Source: Phoronis australis
Lineage: Eukaryota > Animalia > Phoronida
DNA length: 64,000 bases
Direction of reading: 5' to 3'
Assembly: GCA_002633005.1 (NCBI GenBank)
Contig: NMRA01000212.1
Span: 485,312-549,311 of the forward strand
Position 1 is the stretch's first letter, and each line of letters begins with the position of its first letter. The notes under the pieces are model-generated. The model was not told where the DNA came from. It did not search any database and saw only the letters and a program-made list of their open reading frames with translations. The translations under genes and the position numbers were made by a program. This document shows positions 26,801-40,400 of this stretch, one piece after another.

Positions 26801-27203
26801 TTAAATGCAATTTAGCCCGTTTTGGCGTTCCAGGCCTCTTTAAGGACTGCCTTGGTTATGGCTGCAGTTGAACAAGAGAGGGAATCCTGGTGAAATTCTA
26901 TATACATTTTTCATAATTCTATTTCATTCAATCATCAACAGTACACCAGCAATTAATTGTCATTATGCTCGTTAGAATTGCATATGGCTTCTCTCTTGAA
27001 TGCTCTTGTTTGTATGTGTCTTACTGTGCATTATACATGTGATGTGTTTTTCAGTGAGGGGACTGGAAAAAACCAGAGCCGCTGGCACATTCGTATCTCA
27101 AGTTTCTGATTCGACAAAGCACTTTGATGCAGGGTCAGAGTCGGACAGTTCAGAGACTGGCTTATCAGCCTCATCAAGGCGGAAAAAGTTGAAAACGAAA
27201 TGA
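20808..27203 (+). CDS. MAX: Max, bHLH-leucine zipper partner of Myc/Mxd/Mnt, 159 aa
   Basis: Exons 20808-20846 ([13 protein letters not shown]), 20932-20991, 23773-23880 ([36 protein letters not shown]), 25358-25481 ([41 protein letters not shown]), 27055-27203 (VRGLEK...SRRKKLKTK*). Total 480 nt, all GT-AG. Intron positions match vertebrate MAX. Confidence 0.97.
21166..21838. mobile_element. Foldback MITE with ~280 bp inverted arms (P-superfamily-like CACAG ends)
   Basis: CACAGGCGTCCTCAGCTTCTG ... CAGAAGCTGAGGACGCCTGTG. Arms 21166-21447 and 21562-21838. Degenerate 8-bp flanks gattgcgc/agttgcgc. Confidence 0.85.
22244..22561. mobile_element. Internally deleted second copy of the foldback MITE
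   Basis: Near-complete left arm joined to only the last ~50 bp of the right arm. Flanks gtttatc/gttctatc. Confidence 0.8.
24400..25300 (+). repeat. Diverged HINE-like remnant in the opposite orientation (Max intron 3)
   Basis: Reverse-oriented unit motifs such as cagattttgatgaaacttggcaca and catgaaacttgac. Boundaries approximate. Confidence 0.4.
26537..26766. repeat. ~125 bp direct duplication in Max intron 4
   Basis: ttctaaatttgaaactaaaa...atgcttt.catcaacagagatt...caggttca occurs twice. Confidence 0.85.
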
Positions 27204-28467
27204 CTTGAAGAGCTTGCTTGCCTTCAGAGGAACATTTCAACACCGAGGGAACCATTGTTCATCTTTTGTATCTGGGCGTTGTGATGTTTAACGCATTTTG
27301 ATATTTGACGATGCTCTTCGGATTATAGTGCTAAGAGCAATAATGAATCCGAGGGGACTGGAATGCACGACTGAAGTCGAAACTATGTGGTCATTTGACA
27401 TCTTTCTCCATGTTGAAAGTGCCACCGTCTCATGCCATGAGGCCGCTTTCCCTTTACTTTGAGATGAGGTTGAACTGGGGCTGAAAGTTTTTCTTTCTTG
27501 TAAACCACACAGGAAGTCTCACGAGCTAAGTTATCTGGTGAACACTGTTCTTTTCTCACGAGGAAAGTGTTTGAAAAGAAACACATTCCTTTTCGTGAGG
27601 AAAAAGACGTTGAGCAAGGTGCAGACCAAGAGCTATGCACTCGACCCACTGCTTCAAAAATCAGTAAACTTAACACGTAGCTCACATCAGGCACAAAAGT
27701 TAGGCAGTTTAAAGTTGCAGTTTACCCGTGTTTTGTCCACTTATCGTATAAGTCGGGTTGTTCCTTACTCAGATGGAAAGTGATCTTTGTTCTTGCAATG
27801 AATTGACAGTTCGTTATTCTGGGAGACCATGCTTGACAAATAGAATTGCATGCATTGAGAAGTCCAACTGAAGAGCCTGGTCCAGAGCCATAACAAGTTG
27901 TAGGTTCACTCCACGCCCAGAAATCACACTTATTTTGACTAAAGAACAATTGGAGGCCAATTTCGTATTAGTAAGTCATCTAAATAAAAAGTTTGTTTTT
28001 GAGAAGGAAGATGGTTTAGATCGGTTTTGAGAATTAATTCAACTGCAACATTTCACTGACCACGTAGCTTTGCAAGTGACTAGCACCGAGCTATTCGCTT
28101 AGCTTGCTGGCATTATAGGCAGTTGACCGAGCGTGTACTTCTCTTGTCTGCACTATGCCTTAGTGGGAAAGCCCATGTGGTTAGCTAGGAAGGATTACTT
28201 TGTTGATGAAGTCACTTCATCTCTGGATGACATCATGTGGCAAGGAGCTCGGTCGTAGCTCAACTTTTTTTCATGTGTGATACTAGAGTGTCATCACTAG
28301 GGTTATTATTCAACTTTTGTTTATTATCTCATCGTGTGTCAAACAAATAATATATTGGTATACAAACAATTTATTTTGTGTCGTTTTCATTAATAGTTGA
28401 ACGTTAACTAACAAAAACATAATAATAATTTAGATGCATTGATTTTACTAGCAATAGTGCCTTAGCC

Positions 28468-31400
28468 TTAGAATACGGCAGGAAGTGATGTTGATGTAAC
28501 TATAGTAACCTGGTAGTTGACGGTCTCTTCTGAAAAATAAGAATGAAGGTTTTAGCAGCAGATGTACAGTGTCAGATACATACATTGCTTTCACTTGGAT
28601 CTTGCCCTAAATAGCAGAGTTCAAATTTAGTTGACAAAATCATTTATTTGAGGCCTCCATAGGACTGGAATACGAGAACCGAGTAAAATGTCTCCGCAGT
28701 CTACAGGAAACGAACAAATGCATGACCACTAAAAGCAAATTTTATCTGTCCAAATTCTGTAGCCAGATACAATTTTTTCACAAGAAGATTGAGCTAACTC
28801 ACCGGAATACTGTAGATGGAAAATCCTAATGGGACCAACTTTCTGCCGTGGTTGCAACAAAACATTGGAGTATGTGAGTTGCATTTCTTACTTATCAAAT
28901 CGTTCATTTCCCATCAACTGTGCATATAGGCATTATAAAGGAACAACAACTTGTTTGGGTATTGCCTTTACTTCATACAGATCCCTGGTTATCTTTGAAA
29001 GACACTTTCCACATTTTAATTAAAACTACTGTTGCCCTGGCGTGTGTTTACATTCAATAACAGAAAGTGACGTAAACTACTCGGCCTAAAGACTCGCATT
29101 CTGGTTCTGCATTCACATGCATTCACCAAAGACTGTATTCAGCACCTGGACATGTGTTTGCTCAATGCAGAACAAAACTGCACAAGGTATACATAAACGT
29201 GGATAGTAAACGCTTGCTAGGGCAACAGTAATGCCGGAAATGTCTTTCTAAAATCAAGTATCTATGGTTGTCGTGTTGTTTAAATTATGATTATAAGTGA
29301 AGTTAAGGAACCAATTACCATGAACGTCACTTGGGTCGCACAGGTCTTCAGTCTCCAGTTGGGGTAATTTACTCATTTGATACAGTGTAGTTGTACCTTC
29401 TGACTGTAACTTCAACTGCCATTCCTTTGGTGTGCTGCTGGAAGACAAACGGCTAGTCAGATAATGTTTCTGGAGGCCCAAAAGTCCCCGATGCCAACGT
29501 GAGATGAAACCAGTTTGAGATGAATTCAGCCAATGAGATTCACCCCTGATGTAGTACTATTGGTAAAAACTAGGTGTTTTAAAATTACAGTATATCAAAA
29601 ATTGCATTGTTTCCCGACAAAACGAAAAGTCTAATCAAAACAAGACGCAACATCTATTCATTCTATTCCCCACTAATGTACCTTTGAAGTATTCCAGATA
29701 AAAGAGAGGTCTTCACTGGAATTTCAAACTTGTGATCAAGTTGAGCATCCTGATGAGCAAAGTATGAAAGGGCTTGTCTGAAAATAAAGACTAAAATTAC
29801 TAAGAACAAAATTACTGTTAAATAGAATTTCTACTTGAAACGCATTTTGTAAAATTTGAAAACTTGAGAGATGAAGTATCAACATTTTTCATTCACCAAA
29901 ATGTTTCCAGTGTATGCACATGAGTAAAATCTGGGCTTGGGGTCTTAGTTTCTGTACTTGAAATTTCTCCTCTGCATGTCATGCTTTAGAACAAAGTTAC
30001 AAGTTTGTACAGGAACCATGCAACATGGCTGGTAAAAGTTCGAGTCTGACTCTGAGCCAAGTCCCAAGATTAGATATAATCTGGTATTTTTAGTTATGGT
30101 GGGAACCATGAGTAAGTACTTATACACGACACATAGTCAATAACTTTATTTTATGTTAATGGTGGCTTTTCTGTAAAGAGAAACAACAAACAAAATGCTC
30201 AACCGAAGTAACAAAATGGAAAATTACGAAATCAGAAATACATATCATTGTAATACACCCAAGTTGTGACAAGTGACTGAACTGACCTTGAGGCTTGATA
30301 AATCTCTTGTGATGGCAATTTTATGTATAATGCCAGTAAAGCGGCAAGTTCTAGTGTTAGCTCCAACTTCTTAAGATTGTCCAACTGTGTCGCTGGGTCA
30401 CTGCTACTTAGAAATGGCTGCAGCTGGTACTGGCTGGCCCAGTCCTGGCCTGAAATCACCTCATATACTAGGCACCATTATGCAATTTAGAATTTTTAAT
30501 GAGAATTTGCGCCTCACTTATGACTTGAACATGAAAATCACGAAACAGACAAACTCTGAAAGATGGGCTCAAAATATCTGTTGCCATCACAGCAATTAGT
30601 TTTTACAAAAAAAAACAGAGAAATGCCTACGATTGATATAGACCAGTCCCACTTGGCAAGAATTGGACAAATCTCTCAAAAGCTATAAACTTTTTGGTAC
30701 AACAAAAGCCCAGAAGAATCTGTTTGTTGATGAAATCATTGTCTAGCATTCCATGGAAACGTTACATGCATATTGCGTTTGTGTGCTTGTACGCATGAGT
30801 GTTTGTGTGCATGCGGGTGTTTGTGTGCTTGCGGGTGTTTGTGTGCTTGTGTGTGTTTGTGTGCATGAGTGCTTGTGTGTGCTTGTACGCATGAGTGTTT
30901 GTGTGCTTGTGTGTGTTTGTGTGCATGCGTGTGTTTGTGTGCTTGTGTGTGTTTGTGCGCATGTGTGTGTTTATGTGTTTGTGTGGGGTCTGTTTCATGA
31001 AAGTGACTTTTAAGTCCAAAAACCAAATTTCTATCTTAGTCTTAAAATACTTAAGATAGAAATTTGTTTTTACGCAATTACTTCACAGTTGCTGGAAAAA
31101 GGCTTTGCCAAGTAATCATGACTGCATAAATAATCAATACAGATTATCTCAGTAACTAGCAGTCATGTATATATTCTACAACTGCACTTTTGGTCAAGTG
31201 TGATTTAAATATTTTTAAGGAATAGTTGAATGTATGGAGTGCAAATAACTTTTCATGAAAAGGACCCCTGGATTAAATTTTGCTATTTGGATAGTAAATA
31301 AGAAAATGCCCAGATCTCGTGTAATATTGACTGGAAGCACTCACTTCATTGTGTTAACATCTGCACAAACAATTATGGAAAATACTGATGTCAGAACAAG

Positions 31401-34400
31401 AGCAAACACTTCAACAACATTTGTCTTCTGCGAATAATACAATAAATGCTATCAAATCTAATAAATTGTTAGGGAAAAACAATACTTGGGAGTTAAAATT
31501 TTTGAAACTAGCATATTGTTACAACTTTATTCCGTGGCGTTCCAGATACCAGAGCAGTAGCCTTTGTTTGCTATTCCCCCGACTACAACACTTCAAAACC
31601 AATTATTCAATGAAGGGCGCACAGAGCAGGTAAGGTTTTATGTGCGTTGGACAGTCGGCAAACAAAAGGCCTGGCTGGTTTGGAGTCATCAACGATACAG
31701 TGAAGTTAATCAGTTATACACTGGTTTGCCAACTCAGTTGGGGTCATTAAGTTCTATTCAACACATCTAGTAATGCTCAATGAGAGACGGTCATAATCAC
31801 ATACGCCTAACTACGACATAGACATAGTAACCCTCTGGAATTTTATATCTCTTTCTCATTTTGTAAATGCATGCTTTTAACACGAGGTGCATGGTAGTCT
31901 GGTGCTCACCACTTCCTTCAAGATGTGAGCTTTAATGTCATCGAGAAGGAATATCTCTACTATGGACAACCAACAGAGATATAGATCCGGTCATTCATAA
32001 TTGCGCAAAGCACTGAAAGGCCACTGCGTAATAATGAACCGAAGTGTAGAGTTTCGAAATTTGTAAAAGAATGAAAATGAAAATGCAGCTCTTACTGAGA
32101 AAGACATTGATGAAATCTCTGGTCACTTTTTCCAAGCCGATCTCAGCTACAAGTCGGAGCGGTGTTGTACCTTCCAGTGACGGTGCTTGCATTTTATTGT
32201 AGTATGAATCGCGCAACAGCTGCGCTAATGTTGTCTTGTTATAAGTGTGTACCTGTAATAGAGATGCACTTGGTACCTAAATTTCTAAATTCGACAAAGC
32301 TTGGTTAAACTACCGTATCTCAACTAAACGCTAATCTCACAATTTTCCAGATTTTCACTTTTTACTTTTTACCATCACAAGTTCAGCTATACATCAACAT
32401 AAAATACAGATAATTATACAATTTTACTTCCTTACAAGAGCCTTAGTCTGCGAAGAAAAGAACTTCCCAAAAACAGACACAAAAAACGATACATTGTGCA
32501 CATCCAGCCAATGTTTTATTTCATTACTGCAACTATAGATCAGGTTCATCCTCACTTTCCACTTGACAAAAAAGTTTTAAAACGTCCACGCTTTCATTGC
32601 TTAATGTGCAACCTCTGAAAGAGTTTTTTAATTTTAATGTCGAAGACATTAACCAGGAAAAGTGGTGCGATAAATGAGAGGTCACTTCTAAAGTTTCATT
32701 CCAAACTTAAGTGCCAAAATAGCTTCAGGAGCATGCCCCGCATATCTTGTTTGTCAACAATTCTGAAAAAATCCTACACCTACCATTGGCTTTATTTGAC
32801 CTCCTTGCAAGACATTGAACACGTGTTGTAGATTTTGCACAAGTTCGCCATATGACGGAGTGTCTGAAAAAATAAATATCAAAGCAATGTCTATGCACCA
32901 CAGAAAATTTTCAAATCAAAGTAAGAAAAGTGTATGATACAGAGTATTTTAACTCATCTGTAAATACAAACTGTTGTGGCATTTGCATATTACTCTGGAC
33001 AATCAGTTAAACAGATACCAAACATGATTTTGGTCCATTAGTACATATCAAAAACGACTTTCACATCTAGTTCTCTGACACAAAATAACACACTGTTACC
33101 CTTGATAACTTTCAAAAATTGCAAAAAATTTGAAATCTCATTACAAAGTCTCGTAAACGGGCAAGCGTGACCTACACTTTATATGATCTCTTCTTGGTTT
33201 AAGTGACCACACTCTCTCCAGAGTATAACAATGAAGATCAGCAAAAATGAGAACAACTATAACAGGTTTGAAAGGATGTATATACATAGTGGACGTCACT
33301 TCAGAGGTCAGTTAACATAGCTATATCATTAACAGACAAGGCAGTCAGTAATCGGGTGCTCCAAATGGAGGCACCCCACTACGTTACATCACAACAGTAG
33401 GGAAAAGCACACGTCACGAACCATGATAACAAGAGCAACGCGGAGCGTTGAAATTCGCCCACAAATGCATTGCAAATGGTGTGCTTTTAGGGTTATTTAT
33501 TTGTATCATAAAAATGGCCACTAGATGGCGCAAAAACATACACTCCATCCAAAAACGGGATCATGCCAAATTTCATAAAATTTGTCAAGGAACTTCAGAG
33601 AAGCGAAGGAAAACAGAACAAAATGAAAGTGCCACTTGTCGGCACAGCGTCCGTTTGATCCGCCTGACAGTCATTGTCTGTTATCTTCACATAAATTCAC
33701 TTACTAAATTTAATAAAGATCCTGCAGTAGGTTTTGGAGATACAGTTATGGGCGAAAACGAAAACAAAACTACCTCTAGGAGACGCCACAGTGGTCAGTC
33801 GCCATCATCAAACGTCCTCTTCACACTGAAAATAGGCCAATTTTCAAAACTATCCCCAGAATGATTTGGTTCATCGAGGGGTGGACGCCAAAGACAAGAT
33901 TTGTAAACAGCAAAAATGGCCACCAGGTGATGCAAAATACCCCGATTCCATTCAAAAAAACTATGATAGCGTCATCTCACCAATAGATGCCTATATTCAA
34001 AATTTTAAGAAAAACTTTTGAGGACCTTTGAAAATACAGACTGGTAAACATAAAAAACTAAAATTGCCACTAGGGGGCACGCCAAAAGTTAGATCTGTCC
34101 GAAAGTCATCGTACTCCGTTGTCAACATCATATAAATACACTTACTAAATTAAGTAAAGATCCTGCAAACAAAACAAAACTGTCACTAGGAGGCGCCACA
34201 GTAGTCGAACTCGTCGGAAAATCATCGTCAGCCATCCACTTCATAGTAGAAACATACATGCCAATTTTCACAATTATCCTTAAAGCGGTTTGCTTGATAG
34301 ACGAGTGGATGCCAAAAAACATACTCGAAAACAGTTAAAGTGGCCACTAGGTGACGCAAACTAGGTCGAATCCATTTGAAAAGAAAGATAGCGTCACCTC

Positions 34401-37400
34401 ATTAACAGATGCCCGTATGCCAAATTTTATGAAAATACGTTGAGGACCTTTGAACCTACAGAGGTAAACGTAAAAAGATGAAATTGCCACTAGGTGGCAC
34501 ACCAGTAGTCAGATCCGTCCGAAAGTCGTTGTCGTCCGTTGTCAACATCATATAAATACACTAAAGTAAAGATCCTTCGAACGATTTAGAAGATACAGCC
34601 ATAGGCGCAAAAAAAACTGTCACTAGGAGGTGCCACAGTTGTCGAAATCGTCGGAAAATCATCATCAGTCGTCCACTTCATAATCAGAACATACGTGCCA
34701 ATTTTCACAATCATCCTTCGAGTGGTTTGGTTGATAGAGGGGTGGACGCATCAAAACAGACTCAAAAACAGTAAAAATGGCCACTAGGTGGCGCAAACTA
34801 CGTTGAAACCATCCGAAAACGGGAGGACAGCGTCATCTCACTAACAGGTGCCTATATACCAAATTTTATGAAAATCCGATCAGGACTTTTGAAGATAGAG
34901 GTAAACGTAAACAACTAAAATTGCCACTAGGGGGCACACCAGTAGTCGGATCCGTTCGAAAGTTAGCTCATGCCGTCCCATTCATGGTAGGAACACATGT
35001 GCAAAATTTCATTAAGATATGTCTAGGCGTTTTAGAGATACAGCAGCGGATGCCGGACAGACGAACGGAGATGACTGTATAATGCGTCCACGTATAAATA
35101 TGTGGGCGCATAATAATCAATCTGTGATAGAGATACCAGGAGTTTTCAGTTGAATCTTTCATATCACTAAGATGGGCGCCACTGGTGCAATAGCAAGTGC
35201 CAGAATTAAAATTGTTTGAAATCACCAAAACAGGTCTTAGCATCCCTTTAAATTTCAATGAAGCCTTGGAACAGGCTTCCAGTGCCACTGTCTTACTAAC
35301 CTTTCAGTATTTGCCAAAGTGATTCTGTAAAGTCCAGATCAAGCCTCTCTTCCATACGAAGAGCAGAAGACTGAAGTTTATCATCTACATTCTCATGAGA
35401 TATCCTGTCATCTACAATCCTGGCCTCATCACCAAGCTCCACTTCTGAAACCATGCATCAGTAATATTTCCATTAAAAATTCAATATGGCAGACAGGTGA
35501 AATTTCATTTTGGCAAATTTCTCAACAAAAATAACTTCTCAGGAAAATTTACTTTGATTTTAGCATGTTTTGCATGGCATTGCTATTACCAAACAACATT
35601 TTTTCAAAGTTTAAGCATTTGCAACAATATGGCAAGCCTCAGGCAATTAAACTGATTATTTTTGTCTCAAATTGAAGAATTTTTACCGTAGTTCAATAAT
35701 AATTTCGTTCAGAAACAAAAGAAATGACCACATTTATTGGCTGAAACTCAATCCCACAGTTTCAAATGAGCTTCCCACTCAGTGAATTTCTGATATTATT
35801 ATTGCAAAGTGACAAGAAGCAATTTATGGCTTGAATACTGAAACGACAAGACAACTCTAACTGAAAGCAATTTTTGAGACCTAGATCAGCACCCGCTTTG
35901 CTGACATACATTAAACAAACTGTCTCACGCCTATCTACACACAATTTTACTTGAGTGCATAAAATTGATTTAATTTATTGACAATACTCAGGAAAATCAA
36001 TGTTGAGCACATATGGTATTATGCAAGTGATAATTTTAATAGTCGCAGAAAAAAATCATTACTGACAGCTTTTGATGTTTTTGAAAATTGCAACGTCAGT
36101 TTAGATCAACACATACTGACCGTGGAAGAGTTTACTGATTCTTTGAGTGATGGACTCAGATTCAGGCCAATGCATGGAGCCTTGAGATATACCAGTGATG
36201 AAGGACTGAAATGAATTGAAAAAGGAGATGGATAATGTGAAAACTAGACATTAAACAAATGAGTTTATTGTGCCAGCTGCAAGTGTTCAACAGAAAATAA
36301 AAAAGTAAATCCTGAATAGCTGTTAACTTCGTAAGCTTTATGTAAATCTTGAACCGGCGTGAAAATAGAGACCACAAGCGTTTTTAAGGCTGGTCTGCAC
36401 GCCACCTGTAGGCCACATTACATAACCTGGTTCTAACCACTTAGTGGAAGTTCGGAGCTCAAACCTCCAAGCCACACCGTCTCCTCAAGACTAGACAGTC
36501 TCGCCCCCTTGTAAGTGCATTTATAAGCCATCAAGGCTCACGGGTAACTTGGGTTTCTCCAACATGAGAGGATTCAACTTCCCCTAAACAGGATGCTGTT
36601 TCATGCCAGATTTCTTCCCAGCCGCAACAGGTATTCATTTTAAACAGGAGTCAACTAGACCAACTCAGGTTAGTTTCTCGTCTTACACAGCTACATGACT
36701 GCAGCAAACAAAGACTGAACCAAGGACCTTCTTTTTGGCTGGCAGTCTACCACACTAATCACTGAGTTAAACAGACTCGTCCAAGTCCGACAGAAGGTAA
36801 TAATGTTAATGCAAAAAATATAACTGAAATAAAACAGAAAAACATTTAACGCACCTCAATTTTAGATAACTCCTCATGCAAATTATGAAATGGGCTTCTG
36901 CAATCTCCACATACCGGTGCAACTAACTACAAAATAAAAAAACAGACTACGTCTAACAAAATACCTTAACATTTGCACAAGATAATTTTCCAAAACACTT
37001 CACGTTTACTTAGAGAACTGAACAAATGGAATTTGACAATTTTCTCAAGAAGCTATTGGAATACAATGAAAATTACGATAAACTAATTAATAGTGAAGTG
37101 TAACATCTTAGTTAAATCTCGCTCATTCATCATTCAGTTAATTGACGTATAGAGCAAAATAATCGCAGATCAAAGGTTCAAAAGAATCAGTCTCACTTGC
37201 AGGTGTTCTAAACAGACCAGTCTGTAGAGACAATATATAACTCACAAACAAATCCCAACATAAGCAATCACGGTTGATTGTATCACACTGTAGATTAACT
37301 TAATATGTTATTTGTTCTGTTACTGATATTATCTTTATGATAATACAGTAAAAATATATAAACCGTACTCACAGAAAAATTTAAAGAATCACCAAGAGCC

Positions 37401-40400
37401 TTAGTTCAATATCGATCTATCATCTTGTTCACTCAGAGAATGTCCACTAGGTGTCGTGGGACCAAAGTTGAAGTGTCTGCTCTTCAGAATATCCAAAGGT
37501 CGTCAGTGATTCCTTTAATTTTTTTTGCTGTGAGTACTGTTTCTATATTTTGATTATATCTCAACCACAGCCAATTAGCTTTCATCAACTAAATCTTGAT
37601 GATGAATGTCGAAATGTCCATGAAAACTTGCATCTGGTTCGTCTTTAATTTCTAAGTCTCCATTAATGCACGTCAAACCTATCAACGTGTCATTAATGCA
37701 GACTGAACCTACCAGCGTGGCCTGGGCATCAATTGGAGGGGACTGCAGTATGCTTGTTACTGGTTGCCATGTGAATTCTACGGAGAGGTCGCCTTGGTAA
37801 CCCTGCACGGTGTCATTACATCCGTTCTCCAGTATGTCTATGTGCACAAAACCTTCACGCACCAACTGTAAAAAGAGCAACTCAGCTACTGATCCTGGTG
37901 AGGCTAAGAAAGAAAAGAACAGGCATATTCTGTGTGTATTTGGAAGTGAGCCTTGTTTTGTTCTTATTTTACTTTTAATAGAAGAATTAAAGGATTGAAA
38001 ATTCTGAAATGAAGAAAATTTAGCGCCTTGAGTTCTAGTTTTCCATGAATTAACAATGTCCTGAACATAGTTAACAAGTGATTTTGGCGGGCATTCTGAA
38101 CCGTGTCATACTTGTCTTGTCTTAGTTTGAAGTTGCAGGTTTCTGGCAACACGTTCACTACATTCTCTATTGAGGTTATATTTCACAGCCAAACTGGGGG
38201 TACAGGCATAGCAAGTGAGTAATGCTCTTTTCAATAGGAAAATACCTGTCTCTGTAGTTGGAGCCATCTGAAAATCGTTGTCAGCCATCCTCTTCCCAGT
38301 AGGACTTAATATTAAAATTATGTCAATTTTCATAATCATCCTTACAATGGCTTCACCAATAAAGCGAATGGCAATAAACAGGCTTGAAAACAGTAAAATG
38401 GCGCAAAATACATTGAATCCATTCGAAAATGTGAAGGTGATGTCATCTTCCTCATAGATACCTATTCGCCAAATTTCAAGAAAATCCATTTAGGAACAAG
38501 GGGTTTTGAAGATGACAGCACATAAATATGTAGACGGATAATAAAGATTAAGGATTCAACTTCCACAAAACCCCAATCTGGTCTCAGCTCCTCAGCTTAC
38601 CAGAAGAAAGCCAGGCAAGTAAAATGCTGAACCACCTTCAGAGACAAAGGGAGTCATAATTATAACAAAACGCATGGGCTGTGTGCTTTGAAAAGATTTG
38701 TTGTCCAAACATACCGCACAAACGCAGCCCTTAGTTGCTAACAAAGGGCGTCAAGTAGCAATGAAAATAGTAATTAAACCTGCCATACCAATGCTCAAGA
38801 ATAGCATTGGAAATGCAAATGTAGGTAATGTACTCACTTGAACATCTTCCTGTCCCCAGCAGTGAAGAGAGATCACAGAGGTCAAGCTATCCGCTCTGGT
38901 GTTACACACAGGAGCTGTAATGGAATAAAGAAAACATACTACGTTACTCCAAAACCGTAGTGAATTCATTTTAAAAGGTAAACAAAACTAAAAGAAAAAT
39001 GGTTATAAAACTCAATACTTTTTATAAGACAAGTTCAGAATTATCACCTGACTACAACGAAACAGCCTTACCAGTCTTACGAATGCTAGTTGTCGTCACA
39101 GAGCCATCAGAATCACAGAGCATATAGTCTATTTCGCCACTACAGTGTATCAAAACAGGTAACATTTTCTCTTCCTTCAATCCCCTCAGGTATCTTGACA
39201 CGAGCCATCTGAAAGCAGTATTCAAGCAAAAATAGGTCAAAGGTCACACACAAAATATTACACTAGACAGTACGTTATTACAACAAAAATGCAGAAATAA
39301 TCGATGAAATGAGCCATGCAGACATCCGTGTATTTAAAGCTCCTACGAACATGCATTGTCAAAAAATAGTTTTTATGTTAGACCATTCATCGTCATGAAA
39401 TTGTCTTTCTTTGTTTCTTAATCGAAGACAGAACTGACTCCTGGGAAGGGAAAGAACTGACACTTTTCCACTGCTCAACACAGGCTGAACAAGTTGGCTT
39501 GGCCTGGCTGGTACATCATGGTCTAAGGTAATAATGATCGACAGGTTTTTCGTGAAGGAAATTTTAAAGTCTGCCAGTCTCCTTTAAGAAAACAGACAGA
39601 CTTTTCCATTTGTTGCCATGAACTATATGTTGTAGGCATGTAACAGTGCCATCCAGTAGGATGCTCCTTAGCCTATAAAAAGCTGGACAAAATTTTGACG
39701 AAACACAATTTCACTTGTAGGGCATATTGTGTGGAAAGTGAAGAAATGCAGATAAAATAACCCAGCCGTGTGTGGAAATAAGTTTTTAAAGTTATTGTGT
39801 TATTGTGATACTTCCATTTTTTATACTTTTTTACAATTGTCATTACCAATCCCTTTCTGAATGTACTGTTACATACAAATAGGGAGCATTTTACTTCTAA
39901 ATTTTAGTATCCACTCGGCTTTCAACGATAAAGTGTTACACGCAGGACCATTACCTGGCTTCAGACGCTGAGAGAGGACAAGTTGTAACATACTCTTCAT
40001 CACGGTTGTCGCTTGCTCTCATTACAAAGGACTCTTTGCCGTCTTTGTCATTAGTTTCTGTAGTACAGTCTTCCTGTGAATCCTCTTCCAAATCAGTGGT
40101 GCTGCAACTCAGCGATGATGTAGCAGACGTGCAACTAACGTCCTACAACAGGAAGAGTATGGGTTATTTTAGGTGCGCCATCTATAGAATGCTGAAGTGC
40201 AATATACTGGGGGTGATGTCTGCATGCCATGAACAGCACAGTGATTTGCAGTGTTAGGTACACAAGTTATGCCACTTGAACAAGGAGCTTAGACACACAA
40301 CTCGTGTTCAGCAACATGATGAATACAAGTTGTGTCAGTAACGCCATCTATAGAGCGCTGAATTGCATTCTATTGGAGGTAATGTCTGTAGAACATGAAT

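Noticed and set aside
29162-29247. Alternative in-phase last exon for Zwilch (ERHFRHYCC...)
   Set aside because: 28529-28468 has a better acceptor, resembles the known Zwilch C-terminus and is followed by AATAAA. Not excluded without RNA data.
30736-31026. His/Thr-rich and Cys/Val-rich ORFs on both strands
   Set aside because: Translations of a GT-rich microsatellite inside a Zwilch intron.
37575-37712. ORF continuing past the Zwilch exon 37865-37713
   Set aside because: Similarity to Zwilch stops at the GTAGGT donor and resumes at 36926. The extension is intron read-through.
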